The notes beneath the pieces are model-generated. The model ran no database searches and was not told the DNA's origin. It saw only the letters and a list, made by a program, of their open reading frames with translations. A stretch of 64,000 nt of DNA from Octopus vulgaris (Eukaryota), in the NCBI GenBank assembly GCA_951406725.2, contig OX597816.1:16616001-16680000 (forward strand), written 5' to 3'. The position numbers were made by a program, and so were the translations under genes. Shown here in pieces: positions 52,100-64,000 of the stretch (position 1 is the stretch's first letter; every line of letters begins with the position of its first letter).

Positions 52100-52700
52100 T
52101 CAGTGGAATATTGAGACATAGATAAATTTACCTTTCTGAGTAGCAGCATCAGTAACCATGGTGATATTGAGACTGACGTCACTCAAGGAACTGGCAAAGC
52201 TATGGCCATACGCCAGAGAATATGTGCTCTCTGATCTTCCAACATTGTTGATTTACCTACAATGATCTGACTCAATATTATTAAAGTTCGACCTAGAGTT
52301 CTCTATGCCAGTGAGACATGGAAAAGCACCATCAAAAATCGACAGAAGCTAGATGTTTTCCACCCAAAATGCATGAGAAAGATTTTGAGAATGTACTGGC
52401 AAGACCATGTAACAATGAAGATATTCTAAAGAGAGTCAACGCAAAACCATTTTGGAAAATCATCACTAAAGGAAGATTAAAACTAGCAGGTTACATACTG
52501 TGGCTGTCAGAACAATGCCATTCTAAAATGGCTTTCAAATGGACACCAGAGGAAAGAAAAAGAGAGGAAGACTGAAAAGTATGTAGCACAGAATATTCAC
52601 AATTGACATAAGAGAGGCGAATAGCACATGACTGGATACAAAGAAAACCACGACCACCGAGAAACCAGTGCAGTTGACTTGCTGCTCAATGTGTTGGAAA
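52100..52700 (+). mobile_element. RTE-clade LINE 3' remnant
   Basis: LYASETW...LDVF...NEDILKRVNAKP..RLKLAGYIL..AFKWTPE with frameshifts. Confidence 0.8.
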
Positions 52701-53121
52701 GCACAGGAAGAATTAAACTGAAGGCTTCAGTGTTTGAATCTAGTAAAACATTCAACTGGAATCTTAATGTCTCAGAGATCTGCTTGAATAGAAGTGACAA
52801 AATCTTTAAAAGAAACAGATGCAACGACAACCAGAGCAAATACACTGAAACATGACGTATTTGGTGAGCTTCATTTTGTGAGTGGGTTCAGAAATAATTA
52901 AAATGTTTCTCTTATTTCACAGTTGTGTTTAAAAACAACTGACTGCTAAAAGTGAAAATGAAACTTCTGGCTCAAAGAAGTTGGTTATGCCTTTTAGGAT
53001 TGATATCCTTATAAACTGCATAAAATGAAAGTAGAACTTATAAAGAAGACAATGATTTTTAATTGAGAAACACTGAGCACTTTATTACCATATACTACTA
53101 CTACTACTACTACTACTACTA

Positions 53122-53445
53122 CATCATCATCATCATCATCGTCATCATCGTCATCGTCGTCGTCGTCGTTTAACGTCTGCTTTCCATGCTAGCATGGGTT
53201 GGACGAATGACTGAGGGCTGGAGAACCTGATGGCTGCACCAGGCTCCAATCTTGATCTGGCAGAGTTTCTACAGCTGGATGCCCTTCCTAATGCCAACTA
53301 CACTAAGAGTGTAGTGGGTGCTTTTACGTGCCACTGGTATGAGGGCTAGTCAGGCGGTACTGACAATGGCCATGCTCAAATGGTGTTTTTTATGTGCCAC
53401 CTGCACAAGAGCCAGTCCAGCGGCACTGGCAACGACCTTGCTCCT
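53122..53445 (-). mobile_element. Family C
   Basis: Reverse complement, with (cat)n/(cgt)n tail. Confidence 0.83.
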
Positions 53446-54329
53446 TTATTTGAATTGATTTAAAAAAAAAAAAAAGAATTTAGTAAAACTGGTGTTTGGA
53501 ACACAAATTTGTTGGAAGGTTTTAATTTAGATCCCTTTAGAACATAAAGTTTGTATCATAGTCAGAGGTGGTTTTGGGCTGATTGGCAGTAAAAAAGGTA
53601 AAGGTATGAAAGATATTCACTAAGACAAACATGTTTGCAAAAATATTTGATTATATAAACAAATAGCTGATTGTATAAACACCAGAGTATACAGCATTAC
53701 AAAAACCATGCTGATTGCTTTTTCTATCAAGTATATTTTAGATAATTATTCTTTAATGTACTTCAGAGTTGAAATTTTGAATAGCTGTGTAGTAAGTAAT
53801 TAAAAAGAAAAGAAAAGAAAAAAATCCCCTCTAATTAGATTGTTTTATTTAAACATTTTAAAACTACAATTCTGAAAGTTATATTGATGTTTTTTTTTTT
53901 ATATAGCAAAGGTTTCTAGAATAAAGAAATTTACTTTTCTTTTCTTTATAAAGTAAATAATTCTTAATTGTGATTCTCATCTCAACAATCTTATGATTGA
54001 TGAGGAACAAACTCACAGTTTTCTTTAAAACTCTTGAACTATTTTTCTTTCATCTTTTCAATACAGCTTGATATAATAATGATGACCTAATGTTTCATAT
54101 TTTATTCAATTAGAGAAACACAGCAAAATAAATTAAGCATTATAATTAATTAAACTTGCAATATATAATGAATGAAACTAATATGTAAGAGATCTAAGAT
54201 GTCTATATTAGATAATTTAGAAAATAGAAAGCTGTTTATAGAGTTTCTTAAGAGTGCTACTGAAATCTCATATGTTTAATACATGAGAGATTCAAATCTG
54301 TCTCCAACATATTCATTCTTATTGATTAA

Positions 54330-55880
54330 GGAGAGTCCTATATACTTTTGATTTATGATAGTAGCAGGTTCTTTATTTGGAATTTAACCAAGTAATGCAA
54401 CCGAATCTAATACAGAAATAAGAGAATATGTGCTGGAAGAAAATGTTTATAATCTGATGGGTAATTCACCGACAAAAAGGGAACTAGTTAATTGTAAAAG
54501 TGTACTCTAAGGAGATAGAATATAATGTAAATCAACAAAAGCTAGCTGGGAAGAGAAAGGATGGTTAGGTAGTAAGTGTCTTTCTGAAGTATGAATTATA
54601 AGCAACTTGGGAGATTGTATTTTTTGAATTGAAATACTAACATGAACAGATCTGCTCTTCAGTTCTGTGGGCTCAAGTAAAAGGAATTCTACCTCTAGCC
54701 AAGAATATAATATTCAGACATTTTCTTTAAATAACATGGAAACAAGAGAATGGTTATAAATGCCAACAAAGGATAGAAGCAGAATTGTCAAAAGCATAAA
54801 ATAAAAATGTACAATAAGAAAATAAAAATAAGAAAGGCATGTTATGCGGCAATGTCTGAGAGTGGATGGATCAGAATGGAATAAAAGAGACATAACAAAA
54901 GAAGACTATTATGTTAAAAGGGAAGTGAGGATACTGGGTTGAGAGAGAGCAAGAGAGAGAGAGAGAGGAATTGAGTTTTAGTAATGAAGAGAAGAGAAAG
55001 AAATGTGAAAGAAATAATTGTGCATAGGAGATTGAATATATTACAAAAGACCACAGAATCACAAAGTAAAATACTTAATATCTTAGATCTAATAAGTCGT
55101 GGCTATAATATGGATTTAAGAAAAACCTTTTACATCATTAGTATGCAAGAACAAAGGTAGAAATAAGATCAGCTTTATTTCTTTTTCCTAGAAATAAGCT
55201 GCAAAGGATAGAATAAAGTAGAGATACAGTATAATTTTCTATTTCTGAAGAGCAGAGATAATTATAATAGTGGTATAAACACTTTCAAGAATTGAATATT
55301 TTGCAGTAAGCAAGAGTTTGTTGATCTGGCAGTGATATTTTTGTTATTGTCTTAGATGCCAGTAATCAGAGGTGGACTGCTATTTTCGATCTAGGATCAA
55401 TCACTGTTCTGGTATGTGGATCCTAATTTTACTGTTAAAGAAATGAACATGACAACAGATGTCTGTAGGATGTGCAGTGAATAAAAGGAAACAGTTTGAT
55501 ATAAACTATCTGGGGATAAGTAAGACACTGGGAAGAGTACATGGGAAATATATGGAGGCTTTGGTGATCTTATTAGTAGCGGGGACAAAGAAAAGGAGGG
55601 ATTAGTAAGAAGAGAAAAAGAAAAAGAATTATACAGTGACATAAGACAAGTTAGGATATGAGGAACTGTAAAAGAGAAGAAGGAAAATAAATGGTGATGG
55701 AAGCTAAAACAGTACATGCTAAGAAGCCAGAAAGAGAAAATCAGATTTAATTTTAGGATGGATTATTGATATAAGCTGTTCAGAAGAGAAATAAATTCAA
55801 GGAAAGTAGAGATAAACTGGAAGCAGACCAGTATCTAACTTTTGAGATGAATAAAAGCAAGAGTGAACGTGGTAAAGATT
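54330..55880 (+). mobile_element. Highly decayed CR1/L2-like LINE ORF2
   Basis: Scattered motifs in order (NLMGNSPTKR, LGSITVLVCG, INYLGI, YKLFRR); purine-rich plus strand. Confidence 0.5.
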
Positions 55881-56177
55881 GTGCCAATAGTGATTGGCAG
55901 CATAGGTAACGAAATGGCAGAGGTTGACAGCAAGTGAGCAAGATGATTAACAGAAAGAGAAGGAAGGAAAAAAAAAAAAAAAAAAAAAAACGTTGTGGAA
56001 TTATATTAGCAGACACAGAAACATTGACGTATAAATGTGAAATGATGATGAGAAAGATATTGTTGAAAGTTGTCCAAATAGTTGAAGGGTTAACAAACAT
56101 TTTGTAATCTGGTATTGTCTGATCAATAGTGGTTAAATGATACAAGATCAATAATATTATTATTATGTCAGAAATCA

Positions 56178-56700
56178 ATCTTCTTCTTCTTCTTCTTCTT
56201 CTTCTCCTTCTTCATCTGCTTCTTCTTCTTCTTCATCCTCTCCTTCCTCTTCTTCTTCTGCTGCTGCTTCTTTTTCTTCATCCTCTCCTTCCTCTTCTTC
56301 ATCTGCTGCTGCTGCTTCTTCTTCTTCATCCTCTCCTTCCTCTTCTTCATCTGCTGCTGCTGCTTCTTCTTCTTCATCCTCTCCTTCCTCTTCTTCATCT
56401 GCTGCTACTTCTTCTTCTTCTTCTTCATCATCCTCTCCTTCCTCTTCTTCATCTGCTTCTTCTTCTTCTTTATCATCCTCTCCTTCCTCTTCTTCATCTG
56501 CTTCTTCTTCATCATCCTCTCCTTCCTCTGCTTCTTCTTCTTCTTCATCCGCTTCTTTTCCTTCTTTTTCTTTTTCTTCCTTTTCTTTTCTTCTTCTTCT
56601 TACTATTATTATTATCATTATCATTATCAGTAGCAGTAGTAGTAGTAGTAGCAGCAGCAGTAGCAGTAGCAGTAGTAGCAGTAGTAGTAGTAGTAGTCGT
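56178..56700. repeat. (CTT)n-derived ~40-45-bp minisatellite followed by (TTA)n and (GTA/GCA)n
   Basis: Unit ttcttcatcctctccttcctcttcttcatctgctgctg recurs about 7 times. Confidence 0.93.
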
Positions 56701-57104
56701 AACATCATTATATTTTTTTAACAGTTTCATGCAGTTACTGATGCACTATCAGGTATTTTTGAAACTTGTGCAGAAAATGTGTTTTGTTTTTGTGATGTGC
56801 AGTGGTGCTTTTTGTTAAATGTTTTACTTTGTTCTGAGGTTTGTTTCGTTTCGTTTTGTTTTGTTCTTTCTGATATCACTTTGTGTTTCCTCTGTTTGTT
56901 TTTCTTTTGTGTGTATGCGTTGTGTTGTTGTGTTCGTTTACAGAACAACGACTGTGTGACTTGAGCAGAAAATATATTTTGTGAGTGGTAACTCGTGAAT
57001 TGATAGTCTTTTGCATAGGATGTGGGTAGTCTGCCTGTCAGGGCTATTTCTTAGACTATTTCTAAAGGCCTTGGTATTAGATTGTGTCCAAAGGTGTAAG
57101 CATT

Positions 57105-57497
57105 ACTCCTTTACTCTTTTACTTGTTTCAGTCATTTGACTGTGGCCATGCTGGAGCGCCACCTTTAGTCAAGCAAATCGACCCCTAGTACTTATTCTAT
57201 CGGTCTCTTTGCCGAACCACTAAGTTACAGGGACGTAAACACACCAGCATCGGTTGTCAAATGATGTTGGTGGAGGGGACAAACACAGACACACAAACAT
57301 ATACACACATACATACATATATATACATACATACGACGGGCTTCTTTCAGTTTCTGTCTACCAAATCCTCTCACAAGGTTTTTGGTCGGCTCGAGACTAT
57401 AGTAGAAGACACTTGTCCAAGGTGCCACACAGTGGGACTGAACCCAGAACCATGTGGTTGGTAAGCAAGCTACTTACCACACAGCCACTCCTACGCA
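57105..57497 (-). mobile_element. SINE family A
   Basis: Near-complete copy. Confidence 0.88.
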
Positions 57498-57539
57498 TTG
57501 ATGTTGTTTCTATCATTTTTTCTTTTTTATTGCTTCCGT

Positions 57540-58040
57540 ATTTTCCAGTTAGATCTGTGGACTGTCAGGGTTGTGTTGTGACTCTCATCCATGCTATTCA
57601 GTGTCTGCATGGTCTAGATTCTTGGCTAAACGGTGGTTTGACCAAATTGTGATGCACTCATTGGTGAAACTATGATTACTGACCTGAATTTTGTTGATAA
57701 CACAGTTATTCTTACTGAGTCTCTGGATGTCTTAAGGAGTGCTTTCCTATCACTGTGTGATGAAGCAGAGTTGTTTAACCTTAGAGTTTCTTGGGTAAGA
57801 AAAAAAAAAAGATCTAATCATTTGTTGGCTTCCTTAGGGACTCCATCTCATCTGTATCTGTTGAGAGTGAGAATGTTGAAGTTGTTGATCACTTCACTTA
57901 TCTTGTCATTGTGATCCTTAACAGCATTAGCTGCGAGTCCAAAGTCTTAAAAAGACTTGGACATGCTGATGCAGTTATGGACTCACTGAACAAAAGAGTT
58001 TGGTACTGCTTATATCTGAGCAGGAGGACAAAGGTTCAAA
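57540..58040 (+). mobile_element. RTE-clade reverse transcriptase remnant
   Basis: QGCV motif and ITDLNFVDNTVILTESLDVL..L..EAE.FNLRVSW (decayed DLDFADD), then VW..LYLSRRTKVQI. Confidence 0.82.
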
Positions 58041-58212
58041 TACATTATTTACATTATTTACATTTGACCAATATTTGTCCTCATCTTTGTTGTTAACACA
58101 ACGTTTCAGCTGATATACCCTCCAGTCTTGATGTTATTATTATTACTATTATTATTCAGGTCATTGAACAACAACAACAACAACAATATATATATATAGA
58201 TATATATATATA

Positions 58213-58380
58213 TACGATGGGCTTCTTTCAGCTTCCATTTACCAAATCCACTCACAAGGCTTTGGTCGGCCCGAGGCTATAGTAGAAGTCACTTGCCCAA
58301 GGCGCCATGCAGTGGGACTGAACCTGGAATCATGTAGTTTGTAAGCAAGCTACTTACCACACAGCCACTCCTGTGCCTAT
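58213..58380 (-). mobile_element. SINE family A head
   Basis: 5' half ending in (TA)n. Confidence 0.8.
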
Positions 58381-58794
58381 ATATATAACACAATACCATG
58401 ATATATATATATATTCAGATGAATATGGTACTTAAGTTGAGGCACCAGAATTTAGTACGGTATTATCCATACAATTTCAAAATAAGGTGATTAAAATCAA
58501 AATAAGCAACAAGGATATTCAGAGGTAATGCAGTATGATTATTTCATGCAACTCCATTCAATTGAACAATGCAATCATTTCATTACATCAATTTAAAATG
58601 TAGAGCAATCTTCAGGTGCACAAAGACATAGAATTTAGTTAAATTAGAACAGATGGACACATTAGTATAAGTATACCTAAAATCTCCAAGAAGTTAAGGA
58701 GATAGACAAAGAACATGTTGTTACTACAACAGCAGAGCCGTAACTAAAATTTTCAAGAAGACACCACCTGTCACTGATTTTCTGTTTTTTTTTG

Positions 58795-58831
<37 letters not shown>

Positions 58832-59622
58832 ATGGTATTGACCAGATTATCAGAGGTTGTTATACATTGCTGGTTACAATATGCTTCATATTACTTTAGC
58901 TTTTAAATGATGCCACTCCACCGACTAGGCAAGCAGGCTGACATCCTAGCCCCCTGCTCAGAAGACTATTCCATTACAGGGTTATCTATTTACAGCTGAG
59001 TGAACTGGAACAATGTGAAATGAAGTATTCTGCTCAAAAAATACAACATACCACTTGGTCTGAAAATTGAACCCCTGATCTAGCCTAACCACAAGCCATG
59101 CATCTCCCCTCTCTCTCTCTCTCACACATACATATATATACATAGAGGGAGAGGTTGGTTATTGTGATTGTCTATGCCTGGCCTTCATAATTGGTAAGTT
59201 AATTCAGCATTTGGTTGCAATTCACATACACTTTCTTCTGTATCATTGGTTTTCAATAAATTTTCTAACTAATGGCTTTTTTCTAACTAACAGTCAAGTG
59301 ATGTGGTCAGACTTTTGTGAGATATCTACGTGAAGACATTTAATCTCATTCCTATCTTTGATGACATTGGACAGCTCTCACTTTATTAGTATTATTCTTT
59401 GTTATTGTTGTTGCTGTTGTTGTTGTTTTATTGTTCTATACTGTTATTGATATGTATTCTTAACTATTTATTAACTCTTAAAGTTCTGTTCTGCAAGTAA
59501 ATGCAACAATTACCAATTCTTGCACTTGTGTAACCACAGTTCAAATAATATTGCTGTTTGGAACCAAGAAATAGGAACTAAGCAATCTTCTATGCATGAA
59601 GAAACTTTAATTCTTTTATTTT

Positions 59623-60353
59623 TCTTTTACTTGTTTTAGTTATTTGACTGCAGCCATCCTGGAGCACTGCCTTTAGTCATAACAAATCGACCACAGGACT
59701 TATTCTTTGTAAGCCTAGTACTTATTCTATCAGGCTCTTTTGCCAAACTGCTAAATCACAGGGATGTAAATACACCAACATTGGTTGTCAAGCGATGGTG
59801 GTGGGGGTGGGGGTGCAAACACAGACATATAAATATATACATACACATACGTATATATATATATATATATGAAGGGCATCCAGCCGTAGAAACACTGCCA
59901 GATCTGACTGGGCCTGACGAAGCCTTCCAGCTTCACAGACCCCAGCATGGAAAGCGGACGCTAAACGATGATGATGATGATGATGATATATCAATATCAT
60001 CATTTAATGTCTGCCATCCATGCTAGCATGGGCTGGACGATTTTGACTGAGGGCTGGTGAACCAGATGGCTGCACCAGGCCCCAATCTTGATCTGGCAGT
60101 GTTGCTACAGCTGGATGCCCTTCTTAACATTAACCACTCTGGGTGCGTTTTACGTGCCCCTGGCACAGGTGCCAGTAAGGTGACACACAATGATGGGCTT
60201 CTTTCAGTTTCCATCTGCCAGATCCACTCACAAGGCTTTGGTTGGCCCAAGGTCATAGCTGAAGATACTTACCTAAGATGCCATGCAGTGGAACTAAACC
60301 TGGAATCAGGTGATTGAGAAACAAGCTTCTTACCACACAGCCACACCTGAGCC
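59623..60353. mobile_element. SINE cluster: A tail (-), C tail (+), C tail (-), A head (-)
   Basis: Segments about 59623-59830, 59870-59988, 59995-60175 and 60190-60353 each match the family copies elsewhere. Confidence 0.8.
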
Positions 60354-60867
60354 TTTAACCTGATTTTTCCCGCCAAAAGACTTCCCCTTTGTATCATGCA
60401 CATTTATTTTTTCTTGTTTATTGAGAAAATTTCTTCTGCTGTTTCTCTTCCTTCAGTTTTTGAGGCACATGAAGGACAATACCTTAAGCAGTGGGTTAGA
60501 ATTTGGTGATATTATTTACTAATGAATGGTTATTATTTATTAGTGATCTAATTACAGAAATATAGTTTGGAATGGGAGAAAATAATCAGTGATAGTTCAG
60601 TGCCTTGTGTTCAGTGAGGAATTTAAATATAAGGATTTATGAATTCTGAATAGCAGTTGGGTGATCATGTAGTTACTCATTGTATTGTTGCTATTATTAG
60701 TGATGTGAGCTTAACGAAACCTTTAAACTTAGAAGCAAAGCTTGTTGAGTATATTCTACAAGTTTTTCTCAAAGAAATGTTTTGTCAGGGTGAGCAATAA
60801 CACCACAAGGCATGTACCGCAACAGGCAGTGCCACCTTCATTACATCAATGGAAGAGATAAAAGCAT

Positions 60868-61096
60868 TTAACTCTTTAGTGTTTAAACTGGCCATATCAG
60901 GCCAAAATTGTCTTCCTGTTTTATTCACAAACCAGCCAGCTCTGACCTCTCACACCTACCCTACAAAGTCATTCTAAAAATTAAACAGGAACATCATCAA
61001 CATCCCAGAGTTACAAGATGCTGTACAATTGACTTAAAATAATGTAATTAAAGAGGCTTTACATTTGACAGATTAATCTGAAAGCTAAAGGGTTAA
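60868..61096. mobile_element. Related, older TTAA-flanked MITE (similar copy near 31804-32000)
   Basis: TTAA|CTCTTTAG ... CTAAAGGG|TTAA; body resembles 31804-32000. Confidence 0.6.
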
Positions 61097-62859
61097 AATG
61101 CTTTTTTCTGATGCACATCTTCTAATAAAGAGAGATTACCGAATCACAAATTCAGCTCTGAAACAGGATATTGATATCCAAGCACGTGTAATCAGTCTAT
61201 CAGTATTCAACCTACCTGGGCAGGCGACAGTGTCATGAAAACTGGTGAAAATCAACCACAGATAAAAACCCCATTCACAATATATACACCAACAATCATC
61301 TCAGGCTATCACCATGTTTCATCTGAATTTATGCAATAGTTATATTTTCATGATTTTTATAATGGATTACGCACGCATATTTTATCAAAATCTCTAGATT
61401 CTAATAGGACTGGTTGATTTACATAGAAAAAGCTCTACAGGAATTTATGAGTTAATGTGTCTTTATTGTTATTGCAGATCTTTCTTTTATTCAACGTAGA
61501 TTCCTCTACTATTTCTCGTAAGTTGTGTTTCACCTTTCTATTGTTCTCAATGTCTTCAGTTCTTGCGGTCGATATAAAAAAAAAATCATTATTGCAACTA
61601 TTAATAATAATTAGTTGGACCTATGGAGATTCTACAGTTATTGACAGCTAAGATATAACAATTAATTAGTTTTCATGAACTCTTCCTCCCATACAGTATA
61701 AATATGTACAGCATTCTCTTTGGTTCCTGTTTTCTCTTGTTCTCCACTGTTGCTCTCCATGTTTGCTTTGGCATTCATCCTCTTGTTCTTCTCTTACCCA
61801 TTCCCTATATTTTCTGGTTCTTTCTCTTCTTAGTTCATGTCATATAGTGCTGTGCATATTTTATAGAATCGAAAAAATTTACAAGTTCAGTTTTCATTAT
61901 CCAGCAGATGACAATTACATGCCCTAGGGCACACGAGTTAAATGATTGCAGATTTAAGAATAAATAGTTTAGTTCAATAAGGGAAATCTTCATTCCATGC
62001 TCTCACTTCTATACCACCATCACAACACCCACAGCCAACTTCATTAATCAATAAACCTATCTTTAAACCCACCACTTTAACAATAAACTACTATGGTTCT
62101 TAAGTGTATCCAATGTCCTTGTGTGAGTGGGAGCATGTGTGCATGCATGTCATTATATATCTCCAGCATTCCTTAATCCTCTTTACACAGAATATTTCCA
62201 CCTCTTCCGTCCATGGAATACTCATCTCTTTCTCACTCTCTTTCCTGACTGAAAGCATTCTTAAGAGTTTCATGAGCATATTAGGATCATAGATAATGAA
62301 AATAATGATTAAGTGTTACAACACATTTTTAATGATATAATCCAATGATGTGAACCCTATATATGAACACAGCATAATAGCAACAACACAATGGCAACAA
62401 ACAAAATGATTCTCCTTCAAAATTGTCGGAGTCATCATCACAACAGTGGAATGGCAGAAATGGTAAAGAATCAAATTAAGTTACATCTCGTAACATTCGG
62501 AATTCATCAAATGGTAATTAACATTATTAACTGAAGGGGAACGACAATTGGCATCATGACAATAACATTTAGGGATGATGAGCATTTCATTTCAGTTTTC
62601 TTTCTTCAAAGTTCAAATTCTATCAAGGTTCAACTTGCTTTTCATCTTTCCATCCAAAGTCAAGAACAGAATCAACTCACAGTGGAACTGATTCGCCGTC
62701 TACAGCTTTCACCCAAAATTTGCAACTTGGTGCTAACATGAGGAATCATTATTCCCCTCCTCATCCTCCACCTCTTCCTCATTGTTGTTGTCTCCACCTA
62801 TGATCCATTATGGATCATGGGTGGATCATCAGATTTGTTAGAGCAGCAGAAATGTCTTG

Positions 62860-63100
62860 TAGCATGCCTCGCAGCTTTTTATATTCAGCATTCAAATCCT
62901 GCTGAGGTCACCTATGCTTTTCATCCCTTTGGGGGTTGACAAAATAAAATACTAGTCAGGAACTGGGGTCAGTGGACTCAACAAAACCCCACCCCTGAAA
63001 ATCATTGACAAAATGCTTAGCAGCATTTCTTCCAGTTTTACATACTGAGTTTAAATTCAACTGAGGCTGACTTTGCCTTTCAAAATCTTGGGGTTGATAA
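62860..63100 (+). mobile_element. Decayed SINE B copies
   Basis: Two degenerate cores. Confidence 0.6.
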
Positions 63101-63914
63101 AATAAATTTTATAAATAAAGAGCAATTTCAAAGTGCAGGACCAGTGACATCACTAGTTGAGATTCAATGCAGATAGTAAACATTCACAATGACACACACA
63201 CACACACATATTACACACACACAATTATTTTATATGTTTTGCATTTGTTTTCACATAAGAAATTTTTAATATGTCTCAATATATTTTATTACACTTTTGC
63301 CTAATGCTTCATGTATGCACATGCACAGTCCCACATATGATGCACTTCACATTGAATGAATGGGTCTTGTTAGCAAACAATGAAAAATACTATAATTAAT
63401 ATTGAATACTGTAGCAAATGAACATCACTGTTAGAGTTCCCATGAAAATACATTTACTAGGATTGCTTAATAATGAATTTTCCCCCTTAAACAGATTTTG
63501 AAATATTTAAACAATCAACCCAATACCCAAGGTAGTGGTGGAACTTCATCCACATATTGATTTTAACCATGAATTATAATTTTGCAGAGTAAACGTTTGT
63601 ATTATCATTATCTATGATCTAAAATGGTTCTAAGAAGGAGCAGGAAAAGGTGTTTACCAAAATGGTAGTAGAAGTAGCATTCGTGATGTTAACAAACAAT
63701 AGCCCACTTTATATTTTGAAACATTAAAATTTAAATAAATAAAAAGACAATGTAAAAATTAAACTGACAAACAGAGCACACGATTACACAATGGCAAACA
63801 GTCGCATAAAAATGAAAGAACAGTATTGGAAACATTTGAATGGCAGCAGGTGGATATAGTATAAATGATATAAATAGTAATATAAATAGTATATTTAATA
63901 TAATATGAATTGTG

Positions 63915-64000
63915 AAGGTGCATGGCTCAGTGGTTAGAGCGTCGAGCTTACAATCCTGAGGTTGTGAGTTTGAATCCCAGATCAGGCTGTGTGTTGTGTT
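63915..64000 (+). mobile_element. tRNA-derived SINE head, truncated by the window edge
   Basis: tggctcagtggttagagc...gagtttgaatccc followed by a SINE-type body. Confidence 0.7.

Noticed and set aside
56165-56818. Longest ORFs in the track (217-aa Leu-rich, 177-aa Glu-rich)
   Set aside because: Products of triplet repeats, open in several frames on both strands; no domain or convincing splice context.
61140-61322. Candidate upstream minus-strand exon (ttcAG ... CAG|GTAGG or CG|GTAATC)
   Set aside because: Stops in all three frames after the acceptor and no VFT similarity; a non-coding exon cannot be excluded.
63915-63990. tRNA-like sequences here and at other SINE heads
   Set aside because: A/B boxes run into SINE bodies with no complete cloverleaf.

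Overview
AT-rich, repeat-dense eukaryotic nuclear DNA, almost certainly from an octopus: it carries an octopod-like COX1 NUMT and typical cephalopod SINE and microsatellite content. Nearly all ORFs in the supplied track are spurious. The only host coding sequence I can support is two short minus-strand exons, 35342-35503 and 10018-10171. They splice in frame across a 25,170-bp GT-AG intron to give GAEMAIEWVNADTNVLPNHELKLLIKDTQCRTDVAMRSFIDLATNTTIPIAGILGPGCTDEAEPIAAISKHFNMIIVSYSAGAASLNNKQKYPYFFRTVPHINYY(R/S). This is lobe 1 of a Venus-flytrap (ANF-receptor) domain and most resembles Venus kinase receptors (VKR). Most or all of the window is probably intronic to this gene. The remainder is at least four SINE families (my labels A, B, C, E), non-autonomous Helitrons, piggyBac-type MITEs, a DD37D mariner remnant, two hAT fossils, an R4/Dong 3' end inside a TAA repeat, RTE/CR1/Tx1 LINE debris, Penelope-type fragments with minimal hammerhead motifs, a foldback element and microsatellites. 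I found no clear-cut new multi-gene system. The best leads are the VKR ligand-site variant, a recurring CUGUNGA hammerhead core, and the structured variable-copy 5' modules of SINE C. All family assignments come from motif recognition, not database searches; boundaries of decayed repeats are approximate.
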